From Blastocladiella emersonii ATCC 22665 (taxonomy: Eukaryota > Fungi > Blastocladiomycota): 64,000 nt of DNA. The notes beneath the pieces are model-generated. The model saw nothing but the letters and a program-made list of their open reading frames with translations, had not been told where the DNA came from and did no database searches. Location: contig JANHCV010000002.1 in NCBI GenBank assembly GCA_025594325.1, forward strand, positions 124,001-188,000, read 5' to 3'. This document shows, piece by piece, positions 43,851-56,021 of this stretch (position 1 is its first letter; each line of letters opens with the position of its first letter). The position numbers and the translations under genes were made by a program.

Positions 43851-46193
43851 ATGCTGCCGCGCGCAGGCAGCCCGGCACACCATGCAACTAATGTAACTGA
43901 ACCATCCGACGACGCGGGCGAGCATCGCGCCACGCTGCTCAATCTGCCCTCGGAACTCGCCGCCGCGATCCTCGGCCACGTCAGCGACCTCGAGGATCTC
44001 GTCGCCGTCGCCCACACATGCCGCGCCCTTCGCACACTCGCGCTGCAGACGCTGGCGGAGCGCGTCGACGCGGCACTCGTGCGAGACCGCGCGCCGTGGC
44101 ATGTCTCGACCGACGCTCGCCTGGCGAGTTCCGCGCATGGTGAGATCGAGTGTGTGCCGATCGAGCAGTTCGACGGGTTCACCGTGAGCGGACTCGTTGT
44201 GCCACGCCGCGACCAACGCGCCGTGCTCCGCCTCCCGCACGCCGTGTGCCGCCGCCTCGCCATCGAGCTGTGCCCGTCATCGTTGCCGAATCCGCCAGTA
44301 CGTGGCGACCAGGTTGAGCTGGCGGTCCTCGCGTCGCGCGACTTGTTCCCAGCCCTCGTCGCGCTCGACATCCAGTCCTCGGGTGACTCTGCCTCCACCA
44401 ACGGCGACGCGGAGGGCTCGGACAGCGACGATGCGGGCCGCGCGTTCAGCGAGCTCATGGCGAAACGCGCCGCCTCCATACCACCTCGGCAGCCGACCAT
44501 GGACTGGTCCGCGCTCGTCCGCCCGCACGCGGCGCACCTGACGAGCCTGGCGCTCGAGTTCCCGCTGCGCGCGTGCCCGGACCTCAGCGACCTGTCACTC
44601 CCGGTCCTGCGGTCGCTGACGCTCAAGTGCTCGGTGCCCACCTCCCTCCCCACCTCCCTCCCGCGGCTCGAGCAGCTCTCGCTCGTGTGCCGGCCGATCT
44701 CGGCGCGGTTCCTCGCGACCCTGTCGACGACCGCGCCACGGATCGCGCGGCTCGACGTCCTGGGCGGGTTCACGGGCTCGTCGCGCGCGCCCGCGTCCCT
44801 CACCCTCCCGCTTACGCTGCGCCGCGTGACGCTCGGCGGGCGCACCGCGGTGCTCGCCCCCGCGCTGTGGGTGACCTCCGTGACGCGGTTCCCGGCAGCG
44901 GCGTACGCGACGGCGCAGTCGTCGCCCGCGGCGCTCGACCAGGTGGCGGCGCAGTTTGCGGGGGTGCGCGACCTGACGCTCGCGGCGCCGTTGGTCATCA
45001 CGCGCGGCGTCGTGGGCGCGCTCGCGCGGATCGCCGGGAACCTGACGCGGCTCGCGCTCGCGAGCGATGTGGGGCTCGAGGACCTGAGCGAGCCGTCGGC
45101 GCCGACGGGGACGACACGGCGCCGGCCGCGCCCGCTCGGACTCGCGTTCCCGTCGCTCGTCGACCTGCGCGGTCCCGCGGTCGCCGTCGCGTTCCTGATG
45201 CACCACGCGGGGATGCCGATGCTCGCGTCGGTCGACGTGCTGGGGCAGCCGCCGAGCGTCACGGCGGCGTGGCCGCGCGCGTGGGTCCCGCCGCGGATGC
45301 AGGTTGTCGGGCGGCCGCACGATCTCGCCGCCGCGTTGCCGCGCGTGGACGGGCGGCGGCTGAGTATCGGGGCGCGGCTGACGGTCGATATCTCCGGGTT
45401 CCCGCACCTGACGCGCGCCGCGGTGCGCCCGGGATTGGCGGACGGGGAGGTCGAGAGCGTGACGTTGGTGGGCGACGCGGCGAGCATGGCGCGGCTCACG
45501 CGGGTCGAGGCGACCACGGCGTGCCGCGGGCTCGCGCAGATGCTCCCGCAGTGCACGCGCGTGGCGCACCTGGTCCTCGCCGCGCTCGGGACTTCGGATT
45601 CCGACAGTGGGGCCGAGTGGCCGTCGCTCGTCCCGCGCCTCCCGCCGCTCCCCGCTCTGACGTCACTGACGCTTGTCGCGCCACCCGCTGGCTACCTGAC
45701 GCTGCAGGCGCCGTCGTTCCTGTCATTCCTGACCTCCTGCCCGCGCCTCGCCTCCCTTTCCCTCCCACCGTCCCGAACGCGCCTGATCGCGGACCTCGCC
45801 AACGACGACCTGCTGCACCCGACGACGTGGGCGACGCAGCCTCCGGCGCCGCTGACGCTCGCGTGGCACGCGCGCAGCGCGCGGGTGTGGCGCGGCGCCG
45901 TGCGCGACGTGCTTGCGCATCACGGGTGGCAAGAGCTCGTGCGCGAGCACGGGCCGGCGGGTGGGCGGCCCGCGGTGCATGTGCATGTCAGTCACGCGGT
46001 CGGCGAGCCGGACCTGTTCGTGCGCACGGTCGCGGCGGTCGTGGGACCGGGCGCGGCGGAGGGGTCCCCCGTCGTGGTCCAGGTCAGCGCGCAGGTCCAG
46101 GAGGAGGAGGATGGCGTGGCCGAGGTCGCGGAACGGCTGCGCCGCGCGGGGTGCGCGGTCGCGGTCAAGCGGAAACGTGCGCGGGCGTGGTGA
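43851..46193 (+). CDS. F-box / leucine-rich-repeat protein
   Basis: F-box LLNLPSELAAAILGHVSDLEDLVAVAHTCRALR, then LxxLxL repeats (LTSLALEF, LRSLTLKC, LEQLSLVC, LTSLTLVA). ATG in CACC context at 43851. Confidence 0.8.
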   Translation: MLPRAGSPAHHATNVTEPSDDAGEHRATLLNLPSELAAAILGHVSDLEDLVAVAHTCRALRTLALQTLAERVDAALVRDRAPWHVSTDARLASSAHGEIECVPIEQFDGFTVSGLVVPRRDQRAVLRLPHAVCRRLAIELCPSSLPNPPVRGDQVELAVLASRDLFPALVALDIQSSGDSASTNGDAEGSDSDDAGRAFSELMAKRAASIPPRQPTMDWSALVRPHAAHLTSLALEFPLRACPDLSDLSLPVLRSLTLKCSVPTSLPTSLPRLEQLSLVCRPISARFLATLSTTAPRIARLDVLGGFTGSSRAPASLTLPLTLRRVTLGGRTAVLAPALWVTSVTRFPAAAYATAQSSPAALDQVAAQFAGVRDLTLAAPLVITRGVVGALARIAGNLTRLALASDVGLEDLSEPSAPTGTTRRRPRPLGLAFPSLVDLRGPAVAVAFLMHHAGMPMLASVDVLGQPPSVTAAWPRAWVPPRMQVVGRPHDLAAALPRVDGRRLSIGARLTVDISGFPHLTRAAVRPGLADGEVESVTLVGDAASMARLTRVEATTACRGLAQMLPQCTRVAHLVLAALGTSDSDSGAEWPSLVPRLPPLPALTSLTLVAPPAGYLTLQAPSFLSFLTSCPRLASLSLPPSRTRLIADLANDDLLHPTTWATQPPAPLTLAWHARSARVWRGAVRDVLAHHGWQELVREHGPAGGRPAVHVHVSHAVGEPDLFVRTVAAVVGPGAAEGSPVVVQVSAQVQEEEDGVAEVAERLRRAGCAVAVKRKRARAW

Positions 46194-46222
46194 TGGATGT
46201 GCAAAGTGTATATACAGAGTGA

Positions 46223-47651
46223 TCAACGTTTGAGACACACGACGACCTGCGCCTTGGCCTTATCCACGACCACCGACCCCGCGGCCGCCGCCTTGGTCGT
46301 CGTGCTGACCTTGCGCCCGGGTACGAGCTTGATCCCGCGCCGGCCCAGCGGGCGCGTGGCCTCCTTCCCCTCGCTAGGCCCCGCAAGGACGGGCCGCACC
46401 GGCGCCTTGAACTCGGCCTCGAGCGTGTGAACGAGCGTCTGCGTCTCGCGCTGGATGTGCGGCGGAACAGCGGAGACCGCGACGCCGCCGCGCGCGCGGC
46501 ACAGGTTGTCGGCCTCGGCGTGCGACGCGACGGGGCGGGCGACGCCGATGACCAGGGCGCGCGGCGACTCGAGCGTCCGGATCGACGGGCGGTACCGCGT
46601 GCATAGCGGGGCGGCGGGGGTGCCGTTCGGGAGGGTCCAGCCGACCTAAAGCGAGGTGTGAGTGGCAGGACGGTGGGTGTGAAGGGGGAGTAGTACCTTG
46701 GCCGTCGCGCCCGAGCCCGTCAGCTGCGCGGCGAGCCCGTCGAGCCCGTGCGCCGACCCGTCCCACGACGCGACGTGCACGCGGCGCTCGGCCGCGGGCA
46801 GGTTGCCGAGGCACTGCACGAGGACTACACCAGGGACCGCGCGTCAGTTCATCCAAGACCCCACCCACTCATCCCATCCCAGAAAACGTACACGGCGCGA
46901 GCTCCGCCGCATCCCGCTGCCCGACGACATGCGCGAGCTCGAGCCCATGCTCCTCGCACAGGCCGTGCGCGTCAAACACGCGGTTCCTTGCGCGGCCCGC
47001 CCACCACGACCCGCCGCGCGGCCAGAGCGCGGCTTCGCGGGGCACGATCCAGTCGCCTCCCCCATTACTCGCGGTCGCGACACACTCAGTCGGGACCGAC
47101 GCGTGGCGCACGCGCACCGTGTTGCCGCCGCCGACGGGCGACGTGGCGTCGGTCGGGATCCACGACCCGCGCCGCCCGTGGTGCAGGCCTGGCGCGGCGG
47201 CGCCCGGGCTCGTGTACCCGGCGACGAACCGCTCGAGGTGCCACTGGTGCGGGTTGAGCGCGCGCGGGATGGCCGCGGCCGCGGCGCGCTCACCGGCGGC
47301 GGGCGAGGCGTCCGGGTACGTGTCGGGCAGCGCGGCCGCGTGCTTGCTGTGCGCGCGGAGCGTCGGGAAGTGGTACGTGGTGCAGTCGGGCGACGTGGTG
47401 AAGGCCGAGAAGAGCGCGGGGAGCGTGCACTTTTGCGCGTGCGGCGACAGCGCGGGCGGCGGGGGCGCGGGTGGTGCAGACGGTGGTGCTGGACATGTTT
47501 CGGCGGGAGATGTCTGGGCGGGTGTGCGGTCGAGGTGCGAGAAGATGTTGGCGTGCAGGAAGAACTCGATGAAGGTGGCCCACGTCAGCACGAACGCCAC
47601 GTATTTTACCAGGAACAGCGTCTTGCGCTTGAGCGAGCGGACGAGTCCCAT
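46223..47651 (-). CDS. Type II membrane protein with Cys/Trp-containing ectodomain (possibly C-type-lectin-like)
   Basis: N-terminal basic residues and one TM helix (LFLVKYVAFVLTWATFIEFFL); at least two GT-AG introns near 46840-46895 and 46650-46695; ectodomain FDAHGLCEEHGLELA...HVASWDG...PLCTRY. Confidence 0.55.
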
Positions 47652-47882
47652 TGCAGTTCAGTAGTCTGTTCTTAGTTGCAGAGCCGGTTGGGGTCGGGGG
47701 AGGAGAGCGAGGAGGTCGATCGACGAAGGCGAGGCGCGCGTGGGACGGATGTGTAACAAGTCGCGCCGCGCCACATCACGCGTCGCTCACTTACTCAAAA
47801 CATGATGTTGACCGAATGATAGTAAATGTATGTACACGCAATAGAGGGTAATAAATGAACACTGTCAAGGTATCCTCGAAGC

Positions 47883-49196
47883 CTACGCCGACGCGCGCCG
47901 CCGTCCGCCCGCGGCCCGCGCGCTCGCCTTGCCTGCGACGACGGACGTGCGGCGCTGCTTGCGCGCTCCGCCTCCAGACACGACCTCGCCACGCGCCGCC
48001 GCCGCCGCTGCCGCCGCCGCTGCCGCCGCCGCATCCGCGGCCATGACGGCCGCGCGGTGAGCCGCTGCGCGCGCCGCGGCCTCGTGCTCGTCGACCACCT
48101 CCTCGCCCCCCTCCTCATCATCTTCACTATTCCCCCGCGAACCCCCACGCCGCTTGGTGTTGAAGTGGGTGCGGTGGTGCTGCCACCGGTTGTCGTTGCG
48201 CGCAAACTGGGCGCGGCACCCGGGGAACGGGCACGCGAACGGTTTCGCGTCGGCGTGCACGCACTTCTCGTGCCGGTGCAGGTGGCCCGACGACGTGAAC
48301 ACGCGGCCGCAGCCGGGCACGGTGCACGGGTACACACGCGACGCGCGGCGAGGGGGTGCGGCAGAGGCGGTAGGAGGGGCGGAGACGGGGGCGGGAGCTG
48401 GCGGGGACGGGAGCGGCGACGGGAGCTGCTGCTGGAACTGCTGGTGGTGGTAGGCTGGCATCGGCGGGAGGACCATGGGCGGGACCGGGGGCAGCGGTGG
48501 GAGCGGCGGGAGCGCCTGCTGCGCCACGAACGACGACGGCACGGGCATGGGCGGCGGCGTCGCGACAGCGAGCGACGGGCCGAGGAGCGGCGACAGCGTC
48601 GGGTGCCGGTCGCTCGCAGGCGCGAGGGCCGACTGAGTATCGGCGTCCGCGTCCATGTCCATGGCGTCGGCGTCGCCGTCAGCGTCGAGGTCGGTGCCCC
48701 ACGACGGCGGCGTCAGCAGCATCGCCGACAGCGGGAACGCGAACGCGGGCGACTGCGGCGGGCTCGGCGCCGACCACATGTTGCCGACGGCGGCGGCGTT
48801 GCCCCAGCCGCCGGCGGTCGTCGAGCACGCCGACGAGGTCGATGACCGGCGCGACGACGCGGCGGACGCGTACGCGTACGCGTCGTCGCACAGGGACATG
48901 GCGGGGGTCGGCGGCGCCGTGGGCAGGCTGCTGCCGCCGCAGTGGAACGGGATGGACAGGATCGAGTTGCGGCGGGATGGCTCCGTCGCGTCGGCCGAGG
49001 GCGGGGGAGGGGAGGAAGGCGACCACGGCCCGTGCTCGGCCAGCACCGAGCGGACGGTCGGGAGCGACAGCGGCAGGCCCGTGCGCGGGAGCGACAGCGG
49101 CAGGCCCGTGCGCGGGACCGAGTCGCGGCGCCGGCACCACTTGAGGTACAGGTCGGCCTCGCGCGGTCGCGGGACGTGGGTGACGGTCGGCTCCAT
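47883..49196 (-). CDS. C2H2 zinc-finger transcription factor (two fingers)
   Basis: YPCTVPGCGRVFTSSGHLHRHEKCVH and FACPFPGCRAQFARNDNRWQHHRTH, preceded by a Pro/Ser-rich region. Confidence 0.9.
   Translation of the reverse strand: MEPTVTHVPRPREADLYLKWCRRRDSVPRTGLPLSLPRTGLPLSLPTVRSVLAEHGPWSPSSPPPPSADATEPSRRNSILSIPFHCGGSSLPTAPPTPAMSLCDDAYAYASAASSRRSSTSSACSTTAGGWGNAAAVGNMWSAPSPPQSPAFAFPLSAMLLTPPSWGTDLDADGDADAMDMDADADTQSALAPASDRHPTLSPLLGPSLAVATPPPMPVPSSFVAQQALPPLPPLPPVPPMVLPPMPAYHHQQFQQQLPSPLPSPPAPAPVSAPPTASAAPPRRASRVYPCTVPGCGRVFTSSGHLHRHEKCVHADAKPFACPFPGCRAQFARNDNRWQHHRTHFNTKRRGGSRGNSEDDEEGGEEVVDEHEAAARAAAHRAAVMAADAAAAAAAAAAAAARGEVVSGGGARKQRRTSVVAGKASARAAGGRRRASA
49060..49117. repeat. 27-bp exact tandem duplication (PRTGLPLSL x2 in the C2H2 protein)
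   Basis: gggagcgacagcggcaggcccgtgcgc occurs twice plus a partial third copy. Confidence 0.9.
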
Positions 49197-50178
49197 GGTC
49201 GGACGGGTTTGGGTTGGTGGGGATGATGAAGAGGAGCACGACGCGCGCGATGGGGACGATGATCAGGGACGGGACGGAGCGCGGGCCCCGCGCCGCTTTA
49301 TCTCCGCGACCCGGGTCGCGGCCGGGGCCGAGGGCGCAGCGGCAGCCGCGGCGGCGACAAGGTTGCACGTCCTGCAAGGGACAGAAGCCGCAGCCGCAGC
49401 GCAGGAACGAATCCTGCAGGGCCTGCATGGCCTCCGGGCGGGCGTGACGCCAGCATGAACGGACGGGCGCCCGAACCGCCGCTGCGGTCGCGGTGCGCCG
49501 CCCCACGAATCCTGCAGCGCGAGCCCTGCCTGCCCGCTCAGGGATCAGGATCAGCGCCGCGTCATCGAGCGTCTTCGGACGTGGCCGGCATGAACTTTGC
49601 GCGCGTGTGTGGCTGGTGCGCCGCGTCCCTCCCCCGCGTCCCGCCGCGCTCGACGATCCCTGCGATCGTCCTCATGCACGCTCGTGCGACGCGTCGGACA
49701 CTGCGCGCATCGGTGGGCGCCCTCTGCCGTCGTCGTTGCGTGGAGTTGCATGGCAGATCACGGCGGGATCACGGCGTCGAGGGGGACGCGACGCGACGCG
49801 TGGTCGGCGCCGACTCGCGCACGGACGACGACGATGCGCCGCTGGCCAGCAGAGTTCCTCTCAGGCTCCAGCCGCAGCGCAGCAGAGGCCCTGCGCGCGT
49901 TAGAGCTCCTCCACCCTCCGCTGGCTCTTGCATGACCGTTCATGCTTGGGCGCCACCATCATGCATCCCGCGTCGGGCGCCGCCGCCCCTGGCCGACCGC
50001 AGCGGCAGGCATCGCGGGACGTGTCGAATTCGCAGGACCGAGTCATGCGCTGCGGTTCTCACGACGCTCACAGCGAGGATCAGGGCCGGCGGGTCATGCA
50101 AAACGGTGTAGATGATGGTGATGAGTGTACAGGGGAGGGGAATGTGCTAGGGTGCGCGTCGCTCAGCGCGTCGCTCGA

Positions 50179-53100
50179 TCATTTGGCCGACGACGAGGAC
50201 GACGATCGCTTGGACGCGGACGACGAGGACCGCGCAGCCGCCTCAGCCGCCTTGGCCGCGGCCGCCCAGCTGCGGCGCACGCGTTCCTGGCCGACGAGGT
50301 TCTCGGGCATGACGAACGGGTGCTCGAGCAACGTCGCGGTATCCGCCCGCGCATCGAGCCCGCGGTGGAGGCACCGGTGGATGCAGTCGACGAGGAACGC
50401 GGTATCCTCGAACTCGCCGCGCCCGTTGTAGCTGCTGCCGCCGTCGTCGTGGTGGAGCGGGGCCGGGTTGACGCCGTCGAACCCGAGCGGGCCGGCGACG
50501 AGCGCGCCCGGTGCACTCGGCGCCATGCCGCGGCGGATCCGCGGGTACGCGATCGGGTACCGCGGGTCCGGGATCCGGTTGAACTTCTCGCCCATGGTCA
50601 GCCGCGCGAACGGCGCGCGACCGTACAGCAGCTGGTACAGGATGCACCCGAGCGACCACACGTCCGCCTTGCGGTTGAGCTGCATGGCCGCGTCGGCCGT
50701 CGCTGGTGCGGCCGCGGACGAGGAGGCGAACGGGTCGTCGGACGCCGACTGCTGGTGCTGCTGGTACCGCGGCGGGTCCTTGTTCACCGTGCCGCGGATC
50801 CCCTCGGGCGACATGTAGTTCATGGTACCGACCTGCGAGTCAAAGTGGGCCTTGGTGGTGTCGTGGGCCATGGTCTTGGCGATCCCAAAGTCGATGAGCT
50901 TGAGCTCCGACTTGACGAGGACAAAGTTGGCGGGCTTGAGGTCGGCGTGGATCGTCTTGTGCTGGTGCAGCGCGTGGACGCACTCGACCATGTTGCGCCA
51001 GTAGTAGCGGATGAAGTTGAGGTCAATGGGCTTGTCGGTGCGCATCGCGATGGCCTTGGCCATGTCCATTTCGCCGAGCTCCATGACCAGGTACAGGCGC
51101 TTCCCCTTGAGGTCCACCTCGTGCGTGAACAGCTTGATCACGCTCTTGCACCCCTCGTCGTTGAGCTGCTTGAGCTTGGCCGCCTCGTCCAGCCACATCT
51201 TGGTGCTCGACTCGTCCGAGCCCTCGGCGTCGAGCTTGACGCGCTTGCTACAAACGTGCAGGGTGAGTGAGCGAGTGCCGCGAGCACATCCTTCAAAAAA
51301 AAAACGTACATGGCGACCACCGTTTTGGTCCCTTCGGGCACCGCCTGGTACACGGTGGAGCTGCCGCCGTGCCCAATCGTGTCGCCGTACTTGTACTTGC
51401 GCCCGCGGATGTACACGACGTGCCGCTTCTTCTCGGGCGACACCTCGACCGAGTCGAACTTGGCGCCCGGCGGCTGCTGCGGCTGCTCGGCCGACCTGCG
51501 CTGCGCCGGCGCGACGCGCGCGGGACCCGCGGCGCCCGAGGATGGCGGCGGCATCGAGCTGCTGCTGCCGCTCCTACTCGCGGTCGTGCGCGGTGGGCCC
51601 GACGCTGCCGAGTTGGGCCGCGACGGCGCAGCCTTGGACGACAAAGCGTCCGGGCGGCGGTTCTCGGCGACGCGTTTCCGCTCACCCGCGGGGGTCGCAG
51701 CGGCGGGCGGCGGCGGAGGCAGTGGGTCCTGCGGCTCGGTCTTGCCCTCGTCGACATTGACATCGACGTCCATGGCGGACCCCTGCGACGACGACGACGC
51801 GCGACTGCTGGCGCGCTCCTCGACGGCATCGAGGACGCGGGGCAACGGCGCGGTCGCTCCCGCAGCCGGGATCGCGACCCGCGACACGCTGGGCGTCGAG
51901 TCGACCCCCGCCGCCGCGTACCGATGATGTCCAGCGGCACGGTGCGACCCGGGGGCGCCTGACGGCGTCGACTCGACACCACCACCATTCCGCCCGGCGC
52001 GCGCGCCCGCGGTCAGCGATACATGCGGAGTGCCGCCACTCGAGGCCGACGAGATGGACGACAGCGACGCCGAGTCGCCGCTGCGCAGCGCGTTCAGCGC
52101 CGCGGCGCCGCCCCAGATGGCCGAGTACCCGGACGACGTGCGCGTGACCGAGTCGTTGGGCCGCGCCACGGTGCCGGTCGTCGGCGTCTGCAGCACCACG
52201 GCGCGGCGGGGCGCGGGGGCGGACGGGCCGGAACCGGGCGCGGACCCGGCGTGCACGTGCGAGCTCCACGCGGTCCGCGGCGTCAGGGCGTCCGGGTCGC
52301 TCGGGCGGTGCGCCAGCACGGGCTTGACGTGGTCCATGGACCGGGACGCGCCCGCTGATGGGGCGGGGGTTGGTGCCGCCGGGGCAGCGGCCGCGTGTTG
52401 CGGGGTCGGCGTCGGGTCCGCCGCGCGGCGAGCACCATCGCCGGCGGCGGCGCGCGCAATCGAGACGGTCAGCGGCTCGGTCGACGTGACGTCGTCCTCG
52501 TCGAGCGTGGTCGCCGCGTACGCGGGCGCGCTACCGCTGCGCGCGCCGAACGAGCCCGCGGGGTACTTTGGGCGAAACGCGGCGGCGGCGGCGGCGGCGG
52601 AGGACGCAGGCGGTGCGCGGTGCGGCTGCTGCTGCTGCGGGGTCGAGATCGAGACCGACGCGGCGCGGTTGGGCCGCGATGCCGTGGCGAGGTCGATGGT
52701 GGCGGTCACGTCAATGTCAAAGGGGTTGTGATTGCTCGCTGCGGCGGCGTAGGAGGCGGGCGCGGGCGCAGGCTGGCTGGCTCTGGCGGCGGCCTCGGCG
52801 ATGAGCCGTTCCGAGAGGTCGAGGACCGGGTCGAAGCTGCCGGTGCCGGGGCGCCACGCGCTGCCGCCGGCCGTGGACCGCGGCGCGAACGCCGACGACG
52901 ATGACGACGGCGCGCCGAACAGCGAGCCGGTGAAGGTGCTGTCGTTCCCGTCGGCAGCGGGGTCGGGGAGGCCGATCTCCTCCTTGTGCTTGCGCAGGAA
53001 GCTCTGGTACTAGAAACCGGGTGCGGATCGGGTCAGTCGTCGTGTGTGCTGCGACACGCGGCCGAGGCCGAGGAGAGCGTACCGTGGCCCACGGGTCGTG

Positions 53101-53289
53101 CACCTCGTCCTGCGCCGCCGCCGCAGTCGTTGCCGTCGCCCGCGAGCCGCCGGCTGCGTCGGTCCGTGCGCGCTTCACGGCGAGGCGGGTCTCGGCGGAC
53201 AGGTTCGCGGTCGAGGCCGGGCCCGCGGCGGAGGAGGAAGCAGGGACCTCGCTGCCCGTGACAAAGCGGCCCTTGGATGCGCTCCACAT
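50179..53289 (-). CDS. MPS1: Mps1/TTK spindle-checkpoint kinase
   Basis: IGHGGSSTVY, spliced VAIK, LYLVMELGEMD, IRYYWRNMVECVHALH, IHADLKPANFVLV, LIDFGIAK, SQVGTMNYMSPE, DVWSLGCILYQLLYG; introns near 53010-53082 and 51250-51308. Confidence 0.92.
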
Positions 53290-53577
53290 GGGGGTCTAGT
53301 GCGTGTGTTGATGCGTTGCAGGGAGAGCGGGGTGCCCGATCGTGTGTACGGTGGAGAGCAAGAGCAGCGAGCGGGGAGAGGGGCGAGGAGCGACGGCGCG
53401 GCAGTGGGAAGGCCGACCCGCCGAGCCAGCCGAGTCGAGCAGCGAAGCCACGCAACGTGACTAGTGTGCCGATGAGCAACGCGCCTTTACGCGAACGAAC
53501 GAGAGAGATGAGGAAGAGGGGGGAGTATATTCGTTGGTACACAGCCATCACGCCATCCACACAACACCACACGTCGC

Positions 53578-53988
53578 TTAGGCCGGGATGAACCGGGCCG
53601 ACTTGGGGACCGCGACCGACCCGTCGTCGGCCTTGAGCGTGTCGCCGTTGTTGTAGAAGAAGTCGGTAGCGACGAGCGGGGCGCCGCGGCACGCCTCGGT
53701 GCCAAAGAACTGCACCTTGTACGCGCGGCGGCCGTCCGATGGGTACGTCGTGAACACGTTGACGTAAGTGATCGGGAACCCGCCGGCCAGGCCCGTGCAC
53801 TGCGTCAGCGCGTCGAGGTACGTCCCGTACGCGGCCAGCGACGCGCTGCCGTTGCCCTTGTAGGCGATGGTCGCCGTCGGGTTGTTGGGTGGCAGCCCGC
53901 TCGGCCCGCCGTTCGGGAGCGGGGTCGCGGTCGAGGCCGTGGCCGACACGAGCGCGATGGCGACGAGGGCGAGCAGGGTCGAGTACAT
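53578..53988 (-). CDS. Small secreted protein, paralogue A (136 aa)
   Basis: Signal peptide, two Cys; upstream TATAAA near 54066-54072; clear paralogue of 54560..55003. Confidence 0.85.
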   Translation of the reverse strand: MYSTLLALVAIALVSATASTATPLPNGGPSGLPPNNPTATIAYKGNGSASLAAYGTYLDALTQCTGLAGGFPITYVNVFTTYPSDGRRAYKVQFFGTEACRGAPLVATDFFYNNGDTLKADDGSVAVPKSARFIPA

Positions 53989-54559
53989 GTTGTTGATGAT
54001 GGTCGCTTGGTTGCTTGGTGTTGCAGTCGTTGGAGGAGCGAGGACACGGGCGGGCGGCCGCCGCTCTTTATACCCCCCACACCCGGGCGCCCTACCTCGG
54101 CACTACAGCACGTTCCCTCGTCAAGGTTCAGGACCGCGTCGGCCGCCGCCGTCGCCGCAGCGAGAGTTTGTGCTGCGGCCGACTTGATCTCTGATCGTCG
54201 AGTGATGGCGGTCGCTGCGGCATCAACGCGTGCGCGTTTGTGGTCGGCTCTCCGATGCAGAAATGAAGCCGAAGACCCGACGCGAGAAGCGCACGCGCAA
54301 GCGCAACTGCTCGTTCGGGGGTTGCCTGTTCCGTGCTCCGAGAGGGTGATCGGCGCGGGTGCCAACATGACGCTCGGTTGCACGATCACTGCTCATCCAT
54401 CACTCAGAGGCGCAACGGGTCGTCATCAATACAGCTGATATTTGCGGATCATCGCGTTTGGGAGGGAGAAGATACAGGATATGGCACAAACAAGGTGGGA
54501 TATGTACAGGGTGCCGGCGACCGGGCCGACCGACCGACTTGGACGCGCACGCGAGCGCC

Positions 54560-55003
54560 TTAGGCGGGCACGAAGCGAGCCGACAGCGGCGTGATGGGCT
54601 TGCCGTCGCTGCCGAGCAGCGGCTGGCCGTTGTTGGAGAAGAAGGCCGTCTCGGCGATCGGGTTGCCCTGGCACGCCCACTGCCCGTAGAACCGCAGCTT
54701 GTACGCCTTGCGCCCGTCCGGGTACGCCGTGAACACGTTCACGTACACCAGGTTCTTGGTCCCGTCGAGCCCGCGGCACTGCGTCTGCACGTCCTGGAAC
54801 GTGCCCTGCCCGTCCAGGAACGCCGACCCGCCGCCGTTCGAGTACTCGACCGTCGCCGTCGGGTTGTTGGGCGGCAGACCGCTCGGCGCGCCCGAGGAAC
54901 CCGGACCGCCCGTGGCGGGGCCGCCAGCGGGGACCGGCGTCGCGACCGCGGTCGTCGCGAGCAGCGCGAGCACGAGCGTGGCGAGGAACATGAGGCCGTT
55001 CAT
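54560..55003 (-). CDS. Small secreted protein, paralogue B (147 aa)
   Basis: Signal peptide; shares PSGLPPNNPTAT, TQCxGL, YVNVFTxYP-DGRxAYK, ACxGxP, FFxNNG, SARFxPA with paralogue A; upstream TATAAA near 55105-55112. Confidence 0.85.
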   Translation of the reverse strand: MNGLMFLATLVLALLATTAVATPVPAGGPATGGPGSSGAPSGLPPNNPTATVEYSNGGGSAFLDGQGTFQDVQTQCRGLDGTKNLVYVNVFTAYPDGRKAYKLRFYGQWACQGNPIAETAFFSNNGQPLLGSDGKPITPLSARFVPA

Positions 55004-56021
55004 CTTGGTGGGTGGTGGTGTGATGGTCGGTGGTGGTGGGAGTTTGGGTGGAGCTTGGTGAAGCGTGAGGGCAAACGAGAAGGGAGTCAAGGGTGCCCAG
55101 CCCCCATTTATACTCGGCCGGCCAGCAGCGCAGGGCGACGGCTACGGCCGCCCACCGCCTTCCGCCAAGAAGCAGCAGCGGCGGGCAGCGGTGGGAACGG
55201 CGTCGCCGCGGGAACCGCTTCGTCTGCTTCGTCGTCGACCGCGACGAAGGTTCCACTCGCCTCGACCGCGGCCACCGTCGCTCGCCGCAAAGAACAGGCG
55301 GAGCGCCATGCATCGAACGCTGAGCCGCGCGCACGGCGCGCCGTGGACGTCGGGTCTCGCCCGCGGTCGACGAGGAAGAGAACGCGTCGACGCGAGAGAG
55401 CGGCGGCGCCCCTCATCACCGGCCCAGTGCGGTTCGGGCGCCGCTTCTTCGAAACGGTTGACCGCTTCGCGCCGCCCGTGCATGGGAAGCCGAAGCAGCG
55501 GCGCGCCGCCGCCGGTGCCGACCGCTGCGGCCCACCGGGTGGCAGCAGTTGCTTCTTTGCGTTGCTGCGGCGCCGCAGCAGCGCTTCACACGTTCATCAG
55601 CTTGCATCGAGTGAGCGGTTCCGTGAGAACACGCGCGTGGGGGAACGCGATTTCGGCGTCGAAAGGGATGGGAAGCGTGGGACTTTCGGCTGCGCCGCGG
55701 CGCGAGACACTTTTCGAAGAATCAGGTGGGCGGCGTGACCGTGGCGCGACGCGTCGCGTTTCGGAGACACGCGCGGCTGTCTCCACTCGCGCGCGTGAGC
55801 GCCCCGATCTGTCCCTCGTGGTCAACATTCTTGCCGCGCGTTCACATGAATCCAGTTCCGAGTCGGCGCACTGTGCTCGCTCCCGGGCACTCATACCCCT
55901 AGACTACGCTAGACTAGACGACCGAGACTCGCTGCAACGTTGAGCTCTGCCCCATGGCTAGCACACTTTGCCTTCCGCCCCTGCTATTCCAACCCTGACC
56001 GACCGACACCCGCAAGTCAAC

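Noticed and set aside
51250-51308. Frameshift or slippery A11 run in MPS1
   Set aside because: The run lies inside a GT-AG intron whose removal restores the VAIK motif.
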